Program-made: the position numbers and the translations under genes
The notes under the pieces: generated by a model
Seen by the model: only the letters and a program-made list of their open reading frames with translations
What the model was told of the DNA's origin: nothing
Databases searched by the model: none
Source of the DNA: the human T2T-CHM13v2.0 reference genome, Homo sapiens
Strand: one strand, 5' to 3'
Assembly (NCBI RefSeq): GCF_009914755.1
Contig: NC_060948.1
DNA length: 64,000 bases
Shown: piece by piece, positions 28,654 through 42,902 of the stretch
How positions within the stretch are numbered: position 1 is the first letter of the stretch
How the letters are laid out: each line of letters opens with the position of its first letter

Positions 28654-31600
28654 ATGGAATCAAATCAATGGAATCCAATCAAATGGAATGGAAAGGAATT
28701 GAATGGAGTAGATTGGATTGGATGGGATTGGAATGAAATGTACTGGAAAGGACTCGAATTTCATGAAACGGAATGGAATGAATTGGAACGGAATGGACTC
28801 GAATGCAATGGAATGTCATGGAATGGCATCAAATGGAATGGCATCAAATGGAATGGAATCGAATGCAATGGAATGCTATGGAATGGAATGGAATGCATTG
28901 GAATGGAATGTCCTCTAATGGAATGGATTCGAGTGGAATGGAATCGAATATAATGGAGTCGAATGAAATGGAATTGAAAGGAATGGGATCGAATACAATG
29001 GAATATACTGGAATGTAATGTAATGAACTCGAATGTAATTGACTGGAATGGAATGTACATGAATGGAATGTAATCGAATGGAAAGTAATCCAATGGAATA
29101 GAATCTAATGCAATAAAATCGACTCAGATAGAGTAGAATGTAATGGAATGGAGTGCAGTGCAATGGAATGGAATGGAATGGAATGCAATGGAATGGAATG
29201 GAATGGAATGGAATGGAATGGAATGGAATGGGATGGGATGGAATGGTATGGAATGGATAGTAATGGACTGGAGTGAAATGGACTGGAAAGGAATGGACTC
29301 AAATTGAAAGGGCTCGAAAGGAATGGAGTCAAATGGAATGGTCTGGAATGGAATGAACACGAATGTAATGCAATCCAATAGAATGGAATCGAATGGCATG
29401 GAATATAAAGAAATGGAATCGGAGAGAATGGAAACAAATGGAATGGAATTGAATGGAATGGAATTGAATGGAATGGGAACGAATGGAGTGAAATTGTATG
29501 CAGTAGAAGGGAATAGAATGGAATGCAAGTGAAAGGAAAGGAATGGATTGGAATGGAATGGAATTCATTGGAATGGAAGGGAATGTAGTGTAATGGACAG
29601 GCCTGGAATAAAGTGGAATGCTACGGTCTCGAATGGAATAAAAATGTATGGAATGGAATGCAATGAAATGGAATCGAATGTCATAGAATGTAATGGAATG
29701 CAACAAAATGGAATCCAAAATCATTGACTGGAAAGGCTGGGTGTCGAAAGGAATTGACTCCAATGGAATGGAATCGAATGGAATGGAAGTGAATAGAATC
29801 GAACTAAATCGAATGGAATGGAATTGATAGGAACGGAATGGAAAGGAATGCAATGATTTGGCATGGAATGGAATCGAATGGCATCGAATGGAATGGAATG
29901 GAATGCAATGGAATGGAATGTATTAGAATGTAATGAACTTTAATGGAATGTACTCGAATGGATTCGACTGGAATGGAATGTTGTGGAAGTGAATGGACTC
30001 CAATGGAATGGATTCAAAAGGAATGGAATTGTACGGAATGGAATCTAATGGAATGGAATTAAATGGAAATGAATCAAATTGAATAGCACGGAATTGAATT
30101 GAATGGAATGGAATGCAATGGAATCTAATGAAACGGAAAGGAAAGGAATGGAATGGAATGGAATGGGCTGGAATGGAAAGGAATCGAAACGAATGGAATG
30201 GAATCGAACTGAAGAGACTGGAATGGACTGCACTGGAATGGAAGGGAGTGTAATGGAAGGTTCTCGAAAAAAATGGAATCGAATGGAATGGAATTGAATG
30301 GAACGGAATAGAGTCGAATGGAATTGAATGGAATGGAATGGACTAGAGTGAAATGGAATCGAACCACAAGGAATGGACATGAATAGAATGGTCTCGAATT
30401 GAATGGAATCGTATGGAATGGCATCAAACGGAATGGAATGGACAGCCACGGAATGGAATGCACTCGAATGCAATGGAGTCGAAACTAATGGACTGGAATA
30501 GAATGGACTCGACTGGTACGGACTCCAATGGAATGGAATCGAATGGAAGGGAATCGAACGGAATGGACTCGAAGGGAAAAGACTGCAATGGAAAGGTCTC
30601 GAATGGAATGGAAATAAATGGAATGGAATGGAATCGAATGAAATGGAGTCAAAAGGAATGGAATCGAATGGCAAGAAATCGAATGTAATGGAATCGCAAG
30701 GAATTGATGTGAACGGAACGGAATGGAATGGAATCCAAAGGAATGGAATAGAATGGAATGGAATCGAATGGAAAGGACTCGAATGGAAATCACTCGAATA
30801 GAATGCAATTTAATAAAATAGGACCAAATGTAATGGAATGGAATGGAAAGGAATCGAAACGAAAGGAATGGAGACAGATGGAATGGAATGGAACAGAGAG
30901 CAATGGTATAGAATGGAATGGAATCATCTGGAATGGAATTGAATGGAATGGAATAATATGAAATGGAATGGAATGGAATGGAATGGAATGCCCTTGAATT
31001 AAATGGACTGGAATGGAATGGACTCGAACAGAGTGGAATGGAAAGTGTTGAGATAGAATGGAATGGACTCGTTTGGAATGGTCTAGTATGCAATGCAATC
31101 GACTGGCAGGGTATCAAAAGGAATGTAATGGAATGGATTGGACTGGAATGCAATGGACTCGAATAGATTGCAAACGGAATGCAAAGGAATGGAATGGAAT
31201 AGTATGGAATGGAATGGAAAGGAATGGAGTGGAATAGACTAGAGTGGAATGGAATGGACTGGAAAGAAATGGACTGGAATGGAACTTTCTTGGATGGACT
31301 GGAATCAAACGGAATGGAATGCAATGCAATCAAATGGCATGGAATAAAATAGAATGAAAGAGAATCAAATGGAATTGAATCGAATGGAATCGAATGGATT
31401 GGAAAGGAATAGAATGGAATGGAATGGAATTGACTCAAATGGAATGGACCAGAATGGAATGGATTCGAATGGAAGGCAAAGGAATGGAATCTATTGGAAT
31501 GGACTGTAATGGAATGGAATGGAAGGGATTGGAATGGACTCGAATGGAATGGACTGCAATAGAAAGGATTCGAATGGAATGAAAAAGAATTGAATGGAAT

Positions 31601-32222
31601 AGAACAGAATGGAATCAAATCGAATGAAATGGAATGGAATAGAAAGGAATGGAATGAAATGGAATGGAAAGGATTCGAATGGAATGCAATCGAATGGAAT
31701 GGAATCGAACGGAATGGAATAAAATGGAAGAAAACTGGCAAGAAATGGAATCGAAATGAATGGAGTGTTATAGAACGGACTCAAAAGGAATTGAATGTAA
31801 TAGAATGGAGTGGAGTGGACTCGAATATAATGGACTGGAATGGAATGAAATCACATGGAATGGGAACGAATGGAATGGAATGGAAAGGAATGGAATTGAA
31901 TGGAAAGGAATCGAATGGAAGGGAATGAAATTGAATCAACAGGAATGGAAGGGAATAGAATAGACGGTAATGGAATGGACTCGAATTGAATGGACACGAA
32001 TGCTCAAATTGAATGGACTCGAATGGAATGGAAACGAAAGGAATGTCATCGAATGGAATTGAATCGATTGGAATGAAATCGCATAGAATGGAGTGGAATC
32101 AAATGGAATTGAATCGAAAGGAAAGGAAGCGAATGGACTGAAATGAAATGGAATGGAATTGAATGGAAAGTAATGCAATGGAATAGAATGGAACGAAATT
32201 TCACGGAATGGAATCAAACTGA
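28654..32222 (+). repeat. DYZ1 unit 9, B-type, 3569 bp
   Basis: GGCC at 29600; GCAAGTGAAAGG (T at 29530). Confidence 0.9.
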
Positions 32223-35200
32223 ATGGAATCAAATCAATGGAATCTAATCAAATGGAATGGAAAGGAATTGAATGGAGTAGATTGGATTGGATGGGATTGG
32301 AATGAAATGTACTGGAAAGGACTCGAATTTCATGAAACGGAATGGAATGAATTGGAACGGAATGGACTCGAATGGAATGGAATGTCATGGAATGGCATCA
32401 AATGGAATGGCATCAAATGGAATGGAATCGAATGCAATGTAATGCTATGGAATGAAATGGAATGCATTGGAATGGAATGTCCTGTAATGGAATGGATTCG
32501 AGTGGAATGGAATCGAATATAATGGAGTCGAATGAAATGGAATTGAAAGGAATGGGATCGAATACAATGGAATATACTGGAATGTAATGTAATGAACTCG
32601 AATGTAATTGACTGGAATGGAATGTACATGAATGGAATGTAATCGAATGGAAAGTAATCCAATGGAATAGAATCTAATGCAATAAAATCGACTCAGATAG
32701 AGTAGAATGTAATGGAATGGAGTGCAGTGCAATGGAATGGAATGGAATGGAATGCAATGGAATGGAATGGAATGGAATGGAATGGAATTTAATGGAATGG
32801 GATGGAATGGTATGGAATGGATAGTAATGGACTGGAGTGAAATGGACTGGAAAGGAATGGACTCAAATTGAAAGGGCTCGAAAGGAATGGAGTCAAATGG
32901 AATGGTCTGGAATGGAATGAACACGAATGTAATGCAATCCAATAGAATGGTATCGAATGGCATGGAATATAAAGAAATGGAATCGAAGAGAATGGAAACA
33001 AATGGAATGGAATTGAATGGAATGGGAACGAATGGAGTGAAATTGTATGCAGTAGAAGGTAATAGAATGGAATGCAAGCGAAAGGAAAGGAATGGATTGG
33101 AATGGAATGGAATTCATTGGAATGGAAGGGAATGTAGTGTAATGGACAGGTCTGGAATAAAGTGGAATGCTACGGTCTCAATGGAATAAAAATGTATGGA
33201 ATGGAATGCAATGAAACGGAATCGAATGTCATAGAATGTAATGGAATGCAAAAAAATGGAATCCAAAATCATTGACTGGAAAGGCTGGGTGTCGAAAGGA
33301 ATTGACTCCAATGGAATGGAATCGAATGGAATGGAAGTGAATAGAATCGAACTAAATCGAATGGAATGGAATTGATAGGAACGGAATGGAAAGGAATGCA
33401 ATGATTTGGCATGGAATGGAATCGAATGGCATCGAATGGAATGGAATGGAATGCAATGGAATGGAATGTATTAGAATGTAATGAACTTTAATGGAATGTA
33501 CTCGAATGGATTCGACTGGAATGGAATGTTCTGGAAGTGAATGGACTCCAATGGAATGGATTCCAAAGGAATGGAATCGTACGGAATGGAATCTAATGGA
33601 ATGGAATTAAATGGAAATGAATCAAATTGAATAGCACGGAATTGAATTGAATGGAATGGAATGCAATGGAATCTAATGAAACGGAAAGGAAAGGAATGGA
33701 ATGGAATGGAATGGGCTGGAATGGAAAGGAATCGAAACGAATGGAATGGAATCGAACTGAAGAGACTGGAATGGAATGCACTGGAATGGAAGGGAGTGTA
33801 ATGGAAGGTTCTCGAAAAAAATGGAATCGAATGGAATGGAATTGAATGGAACGGAATAGAGTCGAATGGAATTGAATGGAATGGAATGGACTAGAGTGAA
33901 ATGGAATCGAACCACAAGGAATGGAGAGGAATAGAATGGTCTCGAATTGAATGGAATCGTATGGAATGGCATCAAACGGAATGGAATGGACAGCCACGGA
34001 ATGGAATGCACTCGAATGCAATGGAGTCGAAACTAATGGACTGGAATAGGATGGACTCGACTGGTACGGACTCCAATGGAATGGAATCGAATGGAAGGGA
34101 ATCGAACGGAATGGACTCGAAGGGAAAAGACTGCAATGGAAAGGTCTCGAATGGAATGGAAATTAATGGAATGGAATGGAATCGAATGAAATGGAGTCAA
34201 AAGGAATGGAATCGAATGGCAACAAATCGAATGTAATGGAATCGCAAGGAATTGATGTGAACGGAACGGAATGGAATGGAATCCAAAGGAATGGAATAGA
34301 ATGGAATGGAATCGAATGGAAAGGACTCGAATGGAAATCACTCGAATAGAATGCAATTTAATAAAATAGGATCAAATGTAATGGAATGGAATGGAAAGGA
34401 ATCGAAACGAAAGGAATGGAGACAGATGGAATGGAATGGAACAGAGAGCAATGGTATAGAATGGAATGGAATCATCTGGAATGGAATTGAATGGAATGGA
34501 ATAATATGAAATGGAATGGAATGGAATGGAATGGAATGCCCTTGAATTAAATGGACTGGAATGGAATGGACTCGAACAGAGTGGAATGGAAAGTGTTGAG
34601 ATAGAATGGAATGGACTCCTTTGGAATGGTGTAGTATGCAATGCAATCGACTGGCAGGGAATCAAAAGGAATGTAATGGAATGGACTGGACTGGAATGCA
34701 ATGGACTCGAATAGATTGGAAACGGAATGCAAAGGAATGGAATGGAATAGTATGGAATGGAATGGAAAGGAATGGAGTGGAATAGACTAGAGTGGAATGG
34801 AATGGACTGGAAAGCAATGGACTGGAATGGAACTTTCTTGAATGGACTAGAATCAAACGGAATGGAATGCAATGCAATCAAATGGCATGGAATAAAATAG
34901 AATGAAAGAGAATCAAATGGAATTGAATCGAATGGAATCGAATGGATTGGAAAGGAATAGAATGGAATGGAATGGAATTGACTCAAATGGAATGGACTAG
35001 AATGGAATGGATTCGAATGGAAGGCAAAGGAATGGAATCTATTGGAATGGACTGTAATGGAATGGAATGGAAGGGATTGGAATGGACTCGAATGGAATGG
35101 ACTGCAATAGAAAGGATTCGAATGGAATGAAAAAGAATTGAATGGAATAGAACAGAATGGAATCAAATCGAATGAAATGGAATGGAATAGAAAGGAATGG

Positions 35201-35770
35201 AATGAAATGGAATGGAAAGGATTCGAATGGAATGCAATCGAATGGAATGGAATCGAACGGAATGGAATAAAATGGAAGAAAACTGGCAAGAAATGGAATC
35301 GAAATGAATGGAGTGTTATGGAACGGACTCAAAAGGAATTGAATGTAATAGAATGGAGTGGAGTGGACTCGAATATAATGGACTGGAATGGAATGAAATC
35401 ACATGGAATGGGAACGAATGGAATGGAATGGAAAGGAATGGAATCGAATGGAAAGGAATCGAATGGAAGGGAATGAAATTGAATCAACAGGAATGGAAGG
35501 GAATAGAATAGACGGTAATGGAATGGACTCGAATAGAATGGACACGAATGCTCAAATTGAATGGACTCGAATGGAATGGAAACGAAAGGAACGTCATCGA
35601 ATGGAATTGAATCGATTGGAATGAAATCGCATAGAATGGAGTGGAATCAAATGGAATTGAATCGAAAGGAAAGGAAGCGAATGGACTGAAATGAAATGGA
35701 ATGGAATTGAATGGAAAGTAATGCAATGGAATAGAATGGAACGAAATTTCACGGAATGGAATCAAACTGA
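32223..35770 (+). repeat. DYZ1 unit 10, A-type with 15-bp deletion, 3548 bp
   Basis: Same private alleles as unit 6. Confidence 0.9.
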
Positions 35771-38700
35771 ATGGAATCAAATCAATGGAATCCAATCAAA
35801 TGGAATGGAAAGGAATTGAATGGAGTAGATTGGATTGGATGGGATTGGAATGAAATGTACTGGAAAGGACTCGAATTTCATGAAACGGAATGGAATGAAT
35901 TGGAACGGAATGGACTCGAATGCAATGGAATGTCATGGAATGGCATCAAATGGAATGGCATCAAATGGAATGGAATCGAATGCAATGGAATGCTATGGAA
36001 TGGAATGGAATGCATTGGAATGGAATGTCCTCTAATGGAATGGATTCGAGTGGAATGGAATCGAATATAATGGAGTCGAATGAAATGGAATTGAAAGGAA
36101 TGGGATCGAATACAATGGAATATACTGGAATGTAATGTAATGAACTCGAATGTAATTGACTGGAATGGAATGTACATGAATGGAATGTAATCGAATGGAA
36201 AGTAATCCAATGGAATAGAATCTAATGCAATAAAATCGACTCAGATAGAGTAGAATGTAATGGAATGGAGTGCAGTGCAATGGAATGGAATGGAATGGAA
36301 TGCAATGGAATGGAATGGAATGGAATGGAATGGAATGGAATGGAATGGGATGGGATGGAATGGTATGGAATGGATAGTAATGGACTGGAGTGAAATGGAC
36401 TGGAAAGGAATGGACTCAAATTGAAAGGGCTCGAAAGGAATGGAGTCAAATGGAATGGTCTGGAATGGAATGAACACGAATGTAATGCAATCCAATAGAA
36501 TGGAATCGAATGGCATGGAATATAAAGAAATGGAATCGGAGAGAATGGAAACAAATGGAATGGAATTGAATGGAATGGAATTGAATGGAATGGGAACGAA
36601 TGGAGTGAAATTGTATGCAGTAGAAGGGAATAGAATGGAATGCAAGCGAAAGGAAAGGAATGGATTGGAATGGAATGGAATTCATTGGAATGGAAGGGAA
36701 TGTAGTGTAATGGACAGGCCTGGAATAAAGTGGAATGCTACGGTCTCGAATGGAATAAAAATGTATGGAATGGAATGCAATGAAATGGAATCGAATGTCA
36801 TAGAATGTAATGGAATGCAACAAAATGGAATCCAAAATCATTGACTGGAAAGGCTGGGTGTCGAAAGGAATTGACTCCAATGGAATGGAATCGAATGGAA
36901 TGGAAGTGAATAGAATCGAACTAAATCGAATGGAATGGAATTGATAGGAACGGAATGGAAAGGAATGCAATGATTTGGCATGGAATGGAATCGAATGGCA
37001 TCGAATGGAATGGAATGGAATGCAATGGAATGGAATGTATTAGAATGTAATGAACTTTAATGGAATGTACTCGAATGGATTCGACTGGAATGGAATGTTG
37101 TGGAAGTGAATGGACTCCAATGGAATGGATTCAAAAGGAATGGAATTGTACGGAATGGAATCTAATGGAATGGAATTAAATGGAAATGAATCAAATTGAA
37201 TAGCACGGAATTGAATTGAATGGAATGGAATGCAATGGAATCTAATGAAACGGAAAGGAAAGGAATGGAATGGAATGGAATGGGCTGGAATGGAAAGGAA
37301 TCGAAACGAATGGAATGGAATCGAACTGAAGAGACTGGAATGGACTGCACTGGAATGGAAGGGAGTGTAATGGAAGGTTCTCGAAAAAAATGGAATCGAA
37401 TGGAATGGAATTGAATGGAACGGAATAGAGTCGAATGGAATTGAATGGAATGGAATGGACTAGAGTGAAATGGAATCGAACCACAAGGAATGGACATGAA
37501 TAGAATGGTCTCGAATTGAATGGAATCGTATGGAATGGCATCAAACGGAATGGAATGGACAGCCACGGAATGGAATGCACTCGAATGCAATGGAGTCGAA
37601 ACTAATGGACTGGAATAGAATGGACTCGACTGGTACGGACTCCAATGGAATGGAATGGAATGGAAGGGAATCGAACGGAATGGACTCGAAGGGAAAAGAC
37701 TGCAATGGAAAGGTCTCGAATGGAATGGAAATAAATGGAATGGAATGGAATCGAATGAAATGGAGTCAAAAGGAATGGAATCGAATGGCAAGAAATCGAA
37801 TGTAATGGAATCGCAAGGAATTGATGTGAACGGAACGGAATGGAATGGAATCCAAAGGAATGGAATAGAATGGAATGGAATCGAATGGAAAGGACTCGAA
37901 TGGAAATCACTCGAATAGAATGCAATTTAATAAAATAGGACCAAATGTAATGGAATGGAGTGGAAAGGAATCGAAACGAAAGGAATGGAGACAGATGGAA
38001 TGGAATGGAACAGAGAGCAATGGTATAGAATGGAATGGAATCATCTGGAATGGAATTGAATGGAATGGAATAATATGAAATGGAATGGAATGGAATGGAA
38101 TGGAATGCCCTTGAATTAAATGGACTGGAATGGAATGGACTCGAACAGAGTGGAATGGAAAGTGTTGAGATAGAATGGAATGGACTCGTTTGGAATGGTC
38201 TAGTATGCAATGCAATCGACTGGCAGGGTATCAAAAGGAATGTAATGGAATGGATTGGACTGGAATGCAATGGACTCGAATAGATTGCAAACGGAATGCA
38301 AAGGAATGGAATGGAATAGTATGGAATGGAATGGAAAGGAATGGAGTGGAATAGACTAGAGTGGAATGGAATGGACTGGAAAGAAATGGACTGGAATGGA
38401 ACTTTCTTGGATGGACTGGAATCAAACGGAATGGAATGCAATGCAATCAAATGGCATGGAATAAAATAGAATGAAAGAGAATCAAATGGAATTGAATCGA
38501 ATGGAATCGAATGGATTGGAAAGGAATAGAATGGAATGGAATGGAATTGACTCAAATGGAATGGACCAGAATGGAATGGATTCGAATGGAAGGCAAAGGA
38601 ATGGAATCTATTGGAATGGACTGTAATGGAATGGAATGGAAGGGATTGGAATGGACTCGAATGGAATGGACTGCAATAGAAAGGATTCGAATGGAATGAA

Positions 38701-39339
38701 AAAGAATTGAATGGAATAGAACAGAATGGAATCAAATCGAATGAAATGGAATGGAATAGAAAGGAATGGAATGAAATGGAATGGAAAGGATTCGAATGGA
38801 ATGCAATCGAATGGAATGGAATCGAACGGAATGGAATAAAATGGAAGAAAACTGGCAAGAAATGGAATCGAAATGAATGGAGTGTTATAGAACGGACTCA
38901 AAAGGAATTGAATGTAATAGAATGGAGTGGAGTGGACTCGAATATAATGGACTGGAATGGAATGAAATCACATGGAATGGGAACGAATGGAATGGAATGG
39001 AAAGGAATGGAATTGAATGGAAAGGAATCGAATGGAAGGGAATGAAATTGAATCAACAGGAATGGAAGGGAATAGAATAGACGGTAATGGAATGGACTCG
39101 AATTGAATGGACACGAATGCTCAAATTGAATGGACTCGAATGGAATGGAAACGAAAGGAATGTCATCGAATGGAATTGAATCGATTGGAATGAAATCGCA
39201 TAGAATGGAGTGGAATCAAATGGAATTGAATCGAAAGGAAAGGAAGCGAATGGACTGAAATGAAATGGAATGGAATTGAATGGAAAGTAATGCAATGGAA
39301 TAGAATGGAACGAAATTTCACGGAATGGAATCAAACTGA
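35771..39339 (+). repeat. DYZ1 unit 11, B-type, 3569 bp
   Basis: GGCC at 36717; same alleles as unit 7. Confidence 0.9.
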
Positions 39340-42300
39340 ATGGAATCAAATCAATGGAATCTAATCAAATGGAATGGAAAGGAATTGAATGGAGTAGATT
39401 GGATTGGATGGGATTGGAATGAAATGTACTGGAAAGGACTCGAATTTCATGAAACGGAATGGAATGAATTGGAACGGAATGGACTCGAATGGAATGGAAT
39501 GTCATGGAATGGCATCAAATGGAATGGCATCAAATGGAATGGAATCGAATGCAATGTAATGCTATGGAATGAAATGGAATGCATTGGAATGGAATGTCCT
39601 CTAATGGAATGGATTCGAGTGGAATGGAATCGAATATAATGGAGTCGAATGAAATGGAATTGAAAGGAATGGGATCGAATACAATGGAATATACTGGAAT
39701 GTAATGTAATGAACTCGAATGTAATTGACTGGAATGGAATGTACATGAATGGAATGTAATCGAATGGAAAGTAATCCAATGGAATAGAATCTAATGCAAT
39801 AAAATCGACTCAAATAGAGTAGAATGTAATGGAATGGAGTGCAGTGCAATGGAATGGAATGGAATGGAATGCAATGGAATGGAATGGAATGGAATGGAAT
39901 GGAATTTAATGGAATGGGATGGAATGGTATTGAATGGATAGTAATGGACTGGAGTGAAATGGACTGGAAAGGAATGGACTCAAATTGAAAGGGCTCGAAA
40001 GGAATGGAGTCAAATGGAATGGTCTGGAATGGAATGAACACGAATGTAATGCAATCCAATAGAATGGTATCGAATGGCATGGAATATAAAGAAATGGAAT
40101 CGAAGAGAATGGAAACAAATGGAATGGAATTGAATGGAATGGAATTGAATGGAATGGGAACGAATGGAGTGAAATTGTATGCAGTAGAAGGTAATAGAAT
40201 GGAATGCAAGCGAAAGGAAAGGAATGGATTGGAATGGAATGGAATTCATTGGAATGGAAGGGAATGTAGTGTAATGGACAGGTCTGGAATAAAGTGGAAT
40301 GCTACGGTCTCAATGGAATAAAAATGTATGGAATGGAATGCAATGAAACGGAATCGAATGTCATAGAATGTAATGGAATGCAAAAAAATGGAATCCAAAA
40401 TCATTGACTGGAAAGGCTGGGTGTCGAAAGGAATTGACTCCAATGGAATGGAATCGAATGGAATGGAAGTGAATAGAATCGAACTAAATCGAATGGAATG
40501 GAATTGATAGGAACGGAATGGAAAGGAATGCAATGATTTGGCATGGAATGGAATCGAATGGCATCGAATGGAATGGAATGGAATGCAATGGAATGGAATG
40601 TATTAGAATGTAATGAACTTTAATGGAATGTACTCGAATGGATTCGACTGGAATGGAATGTTCTGGAAGTGAATGGACTCCAATGGAATGGATTCCAAAG
40701 GAATGGAATCGTACGGAATGGAATCTAATGGAATGGAATTAAATGGAAATGAATCAAATTGAATAGCACGGAATTGAATTGAATGGAATGGAATGCAATG
40801 GAATCTAATGAAACGGAAAGGAAAGGAATGGAATGGAATGGAATGGGCTGGAATGGAAAGGAATCGAAACGAATGGAATGGAATCGAACTGAAGAGACTG
40901 GAATGGAATGCACTGGAATGGAAGGGAGTGTAATGGAAGGTTCTCGAAAAAAATCGAATCGAATGGAATGGAATTGAATGGAACGGAATAGAGTCGAATG
41001 GAATTGAATGGAATGGAATGGACTAGAGTGAAATGGAATCGAACCACAAGGAATGGAGAGGAATAGAATGGTCTCGAATTGAATGGAATCATATGGAATG
41101 GCATCAAACGGAATGGAATGGACAGCCACGGAATGGAATGCACTCGAATGCAATGGAGTCGAAACTAATGGACTGGAATAGAATGGACTCGACTGGTACG
41201 GACTCCAATGGAATGGAATCGAATGGAAGGGAATCGAACGGAATGGACTCGAAGGGAAAAGACTGCAATGGGAAGGTCTCGAATGGAATGGAAATTAATG
41301 GAATGGAATGGAATCGAATGAAATGGAGTCAAAAGGAATGGAATCGAATGGCAAGAAATCGAATGTAATGGAATCGCAAGGAATTGATGTGAACGGAACG
41401 GAATGGAATGGAATCCAAAGGAATGGAATAGAATGGAATGGAATCGAATGGAAAGGACTCGAATGGAAATCACTCGAATAGAATGCAATTTAATAAAATA
41501 GGATCAAATGTAATGGAATGGAATGGAAAGGAATCGAAACGAAAGGAATGGAGACAGATGGAATGGAATGGAACAGAGAGCAATGGTATAGAATGGAATG
41601 GAATCATCTGGAATGGAATTGAATGGAATGGAATAATATGAAATGGAATGGAATGGAATGGAATGGAATGCCCTTGAATTAAATGGACTGGAATGGAATG
41701 GACTCGAACAGAGTGGAATGGAAAGTGTTGAGATAGAATGGAATGGACTCCTTTGGAATGGTGTAGTATGCAATGCAATCGACTGGCAGGGAATCAAAAG
41801 GAATGTAATGGAATGGACTGGACTGGAATGCAATGGACTCGAATAGATTGGAAACGGAATGCAAAGGAATGGAATGGAATAGTATGGAATGGAATGGAAA
41901 GGAATGGAGTGGAATAGACTAGAGTGGAATGGAATGGACTGGAAAGCAATGGACTGGAATGGAACTTTCTTGAATGGACTAGAATCAAACGGAATGGAAT
42001 GCAATGCAATCAAATGGCATGGAATAAAATAGAATGAAAGAGAATCAAATGGAATTGAATCGAATGGAATCGAATGGATTGGAAAGGAATAGAATGGAAT
42101 GGAATGGAATTGACTCAAATGGAATGGACTAGAATGGAATGGATTCGAATGGAAGGCAAAGGAATGGAATCTATTGGAATGGACTGTAATGGAATGGAAT
42201 GGAAGGGATTGGAATGGACTCGAATGGAATGGACTGCAATAGAAAGGATTCGAATGGAATGAAAAAGAATTGAATGGAATAGAACAGAATGGAATCAAAT

Positions 42301-42902
42301 CGAATGAAATGGAATGGAATAGAAAGGAATGGAATGAAATGGAATGGAAAGGATTCGAATGGAATGCAATCGAATGGAATGGAATCGAACGGAATGGAAT
42401 AAAATGGAAGAAAACTGGCAAGAAATGGAATCGAAATGAATGGAGTGTTATGGAACGGACTCAAAAGGAATTGAATGTAATAGAATGGAGTGGAGTGGAC
42501 TCGAATATAATGGACTGGAATGGAATGAAATCACATGGAATGGGAACGAATGGAATGGAATGGAAAGGAATGGAATCGAATGGAAAGGAATCGAATGGAA
42601 GGGAATGAAATTGAATCAACAGGAATGGAAGGGAATAGAATAGACGGTAATGGAATGGACTCGAATAGAATGGACACGAATGCTCAAATTGAATGGACTC
42701 GAATGGAATGGAAACGAAAGGAACGTCATCGAATGGAATTGAATCGATTGGAATGAAATCGCATAGAATGGAGTGGAATCAAATGGAATTGAATCGAAAG
42801 GAAAGGAAGCGAATGGACTGAAATGAAATGGAATGGAATTGAATGGAAAGTAATGCAATGGAATAGAATGGAACGAAATTTCACGGAATGGAATCAAACT
42901 GA
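39340..42902 (+). repeat. DYZ1 unit 12, A-type (NdeI subtype), 3563 bp
   Basis: CATATG at 41090; same alleles as units 4 and 8. Confidence 0.9.
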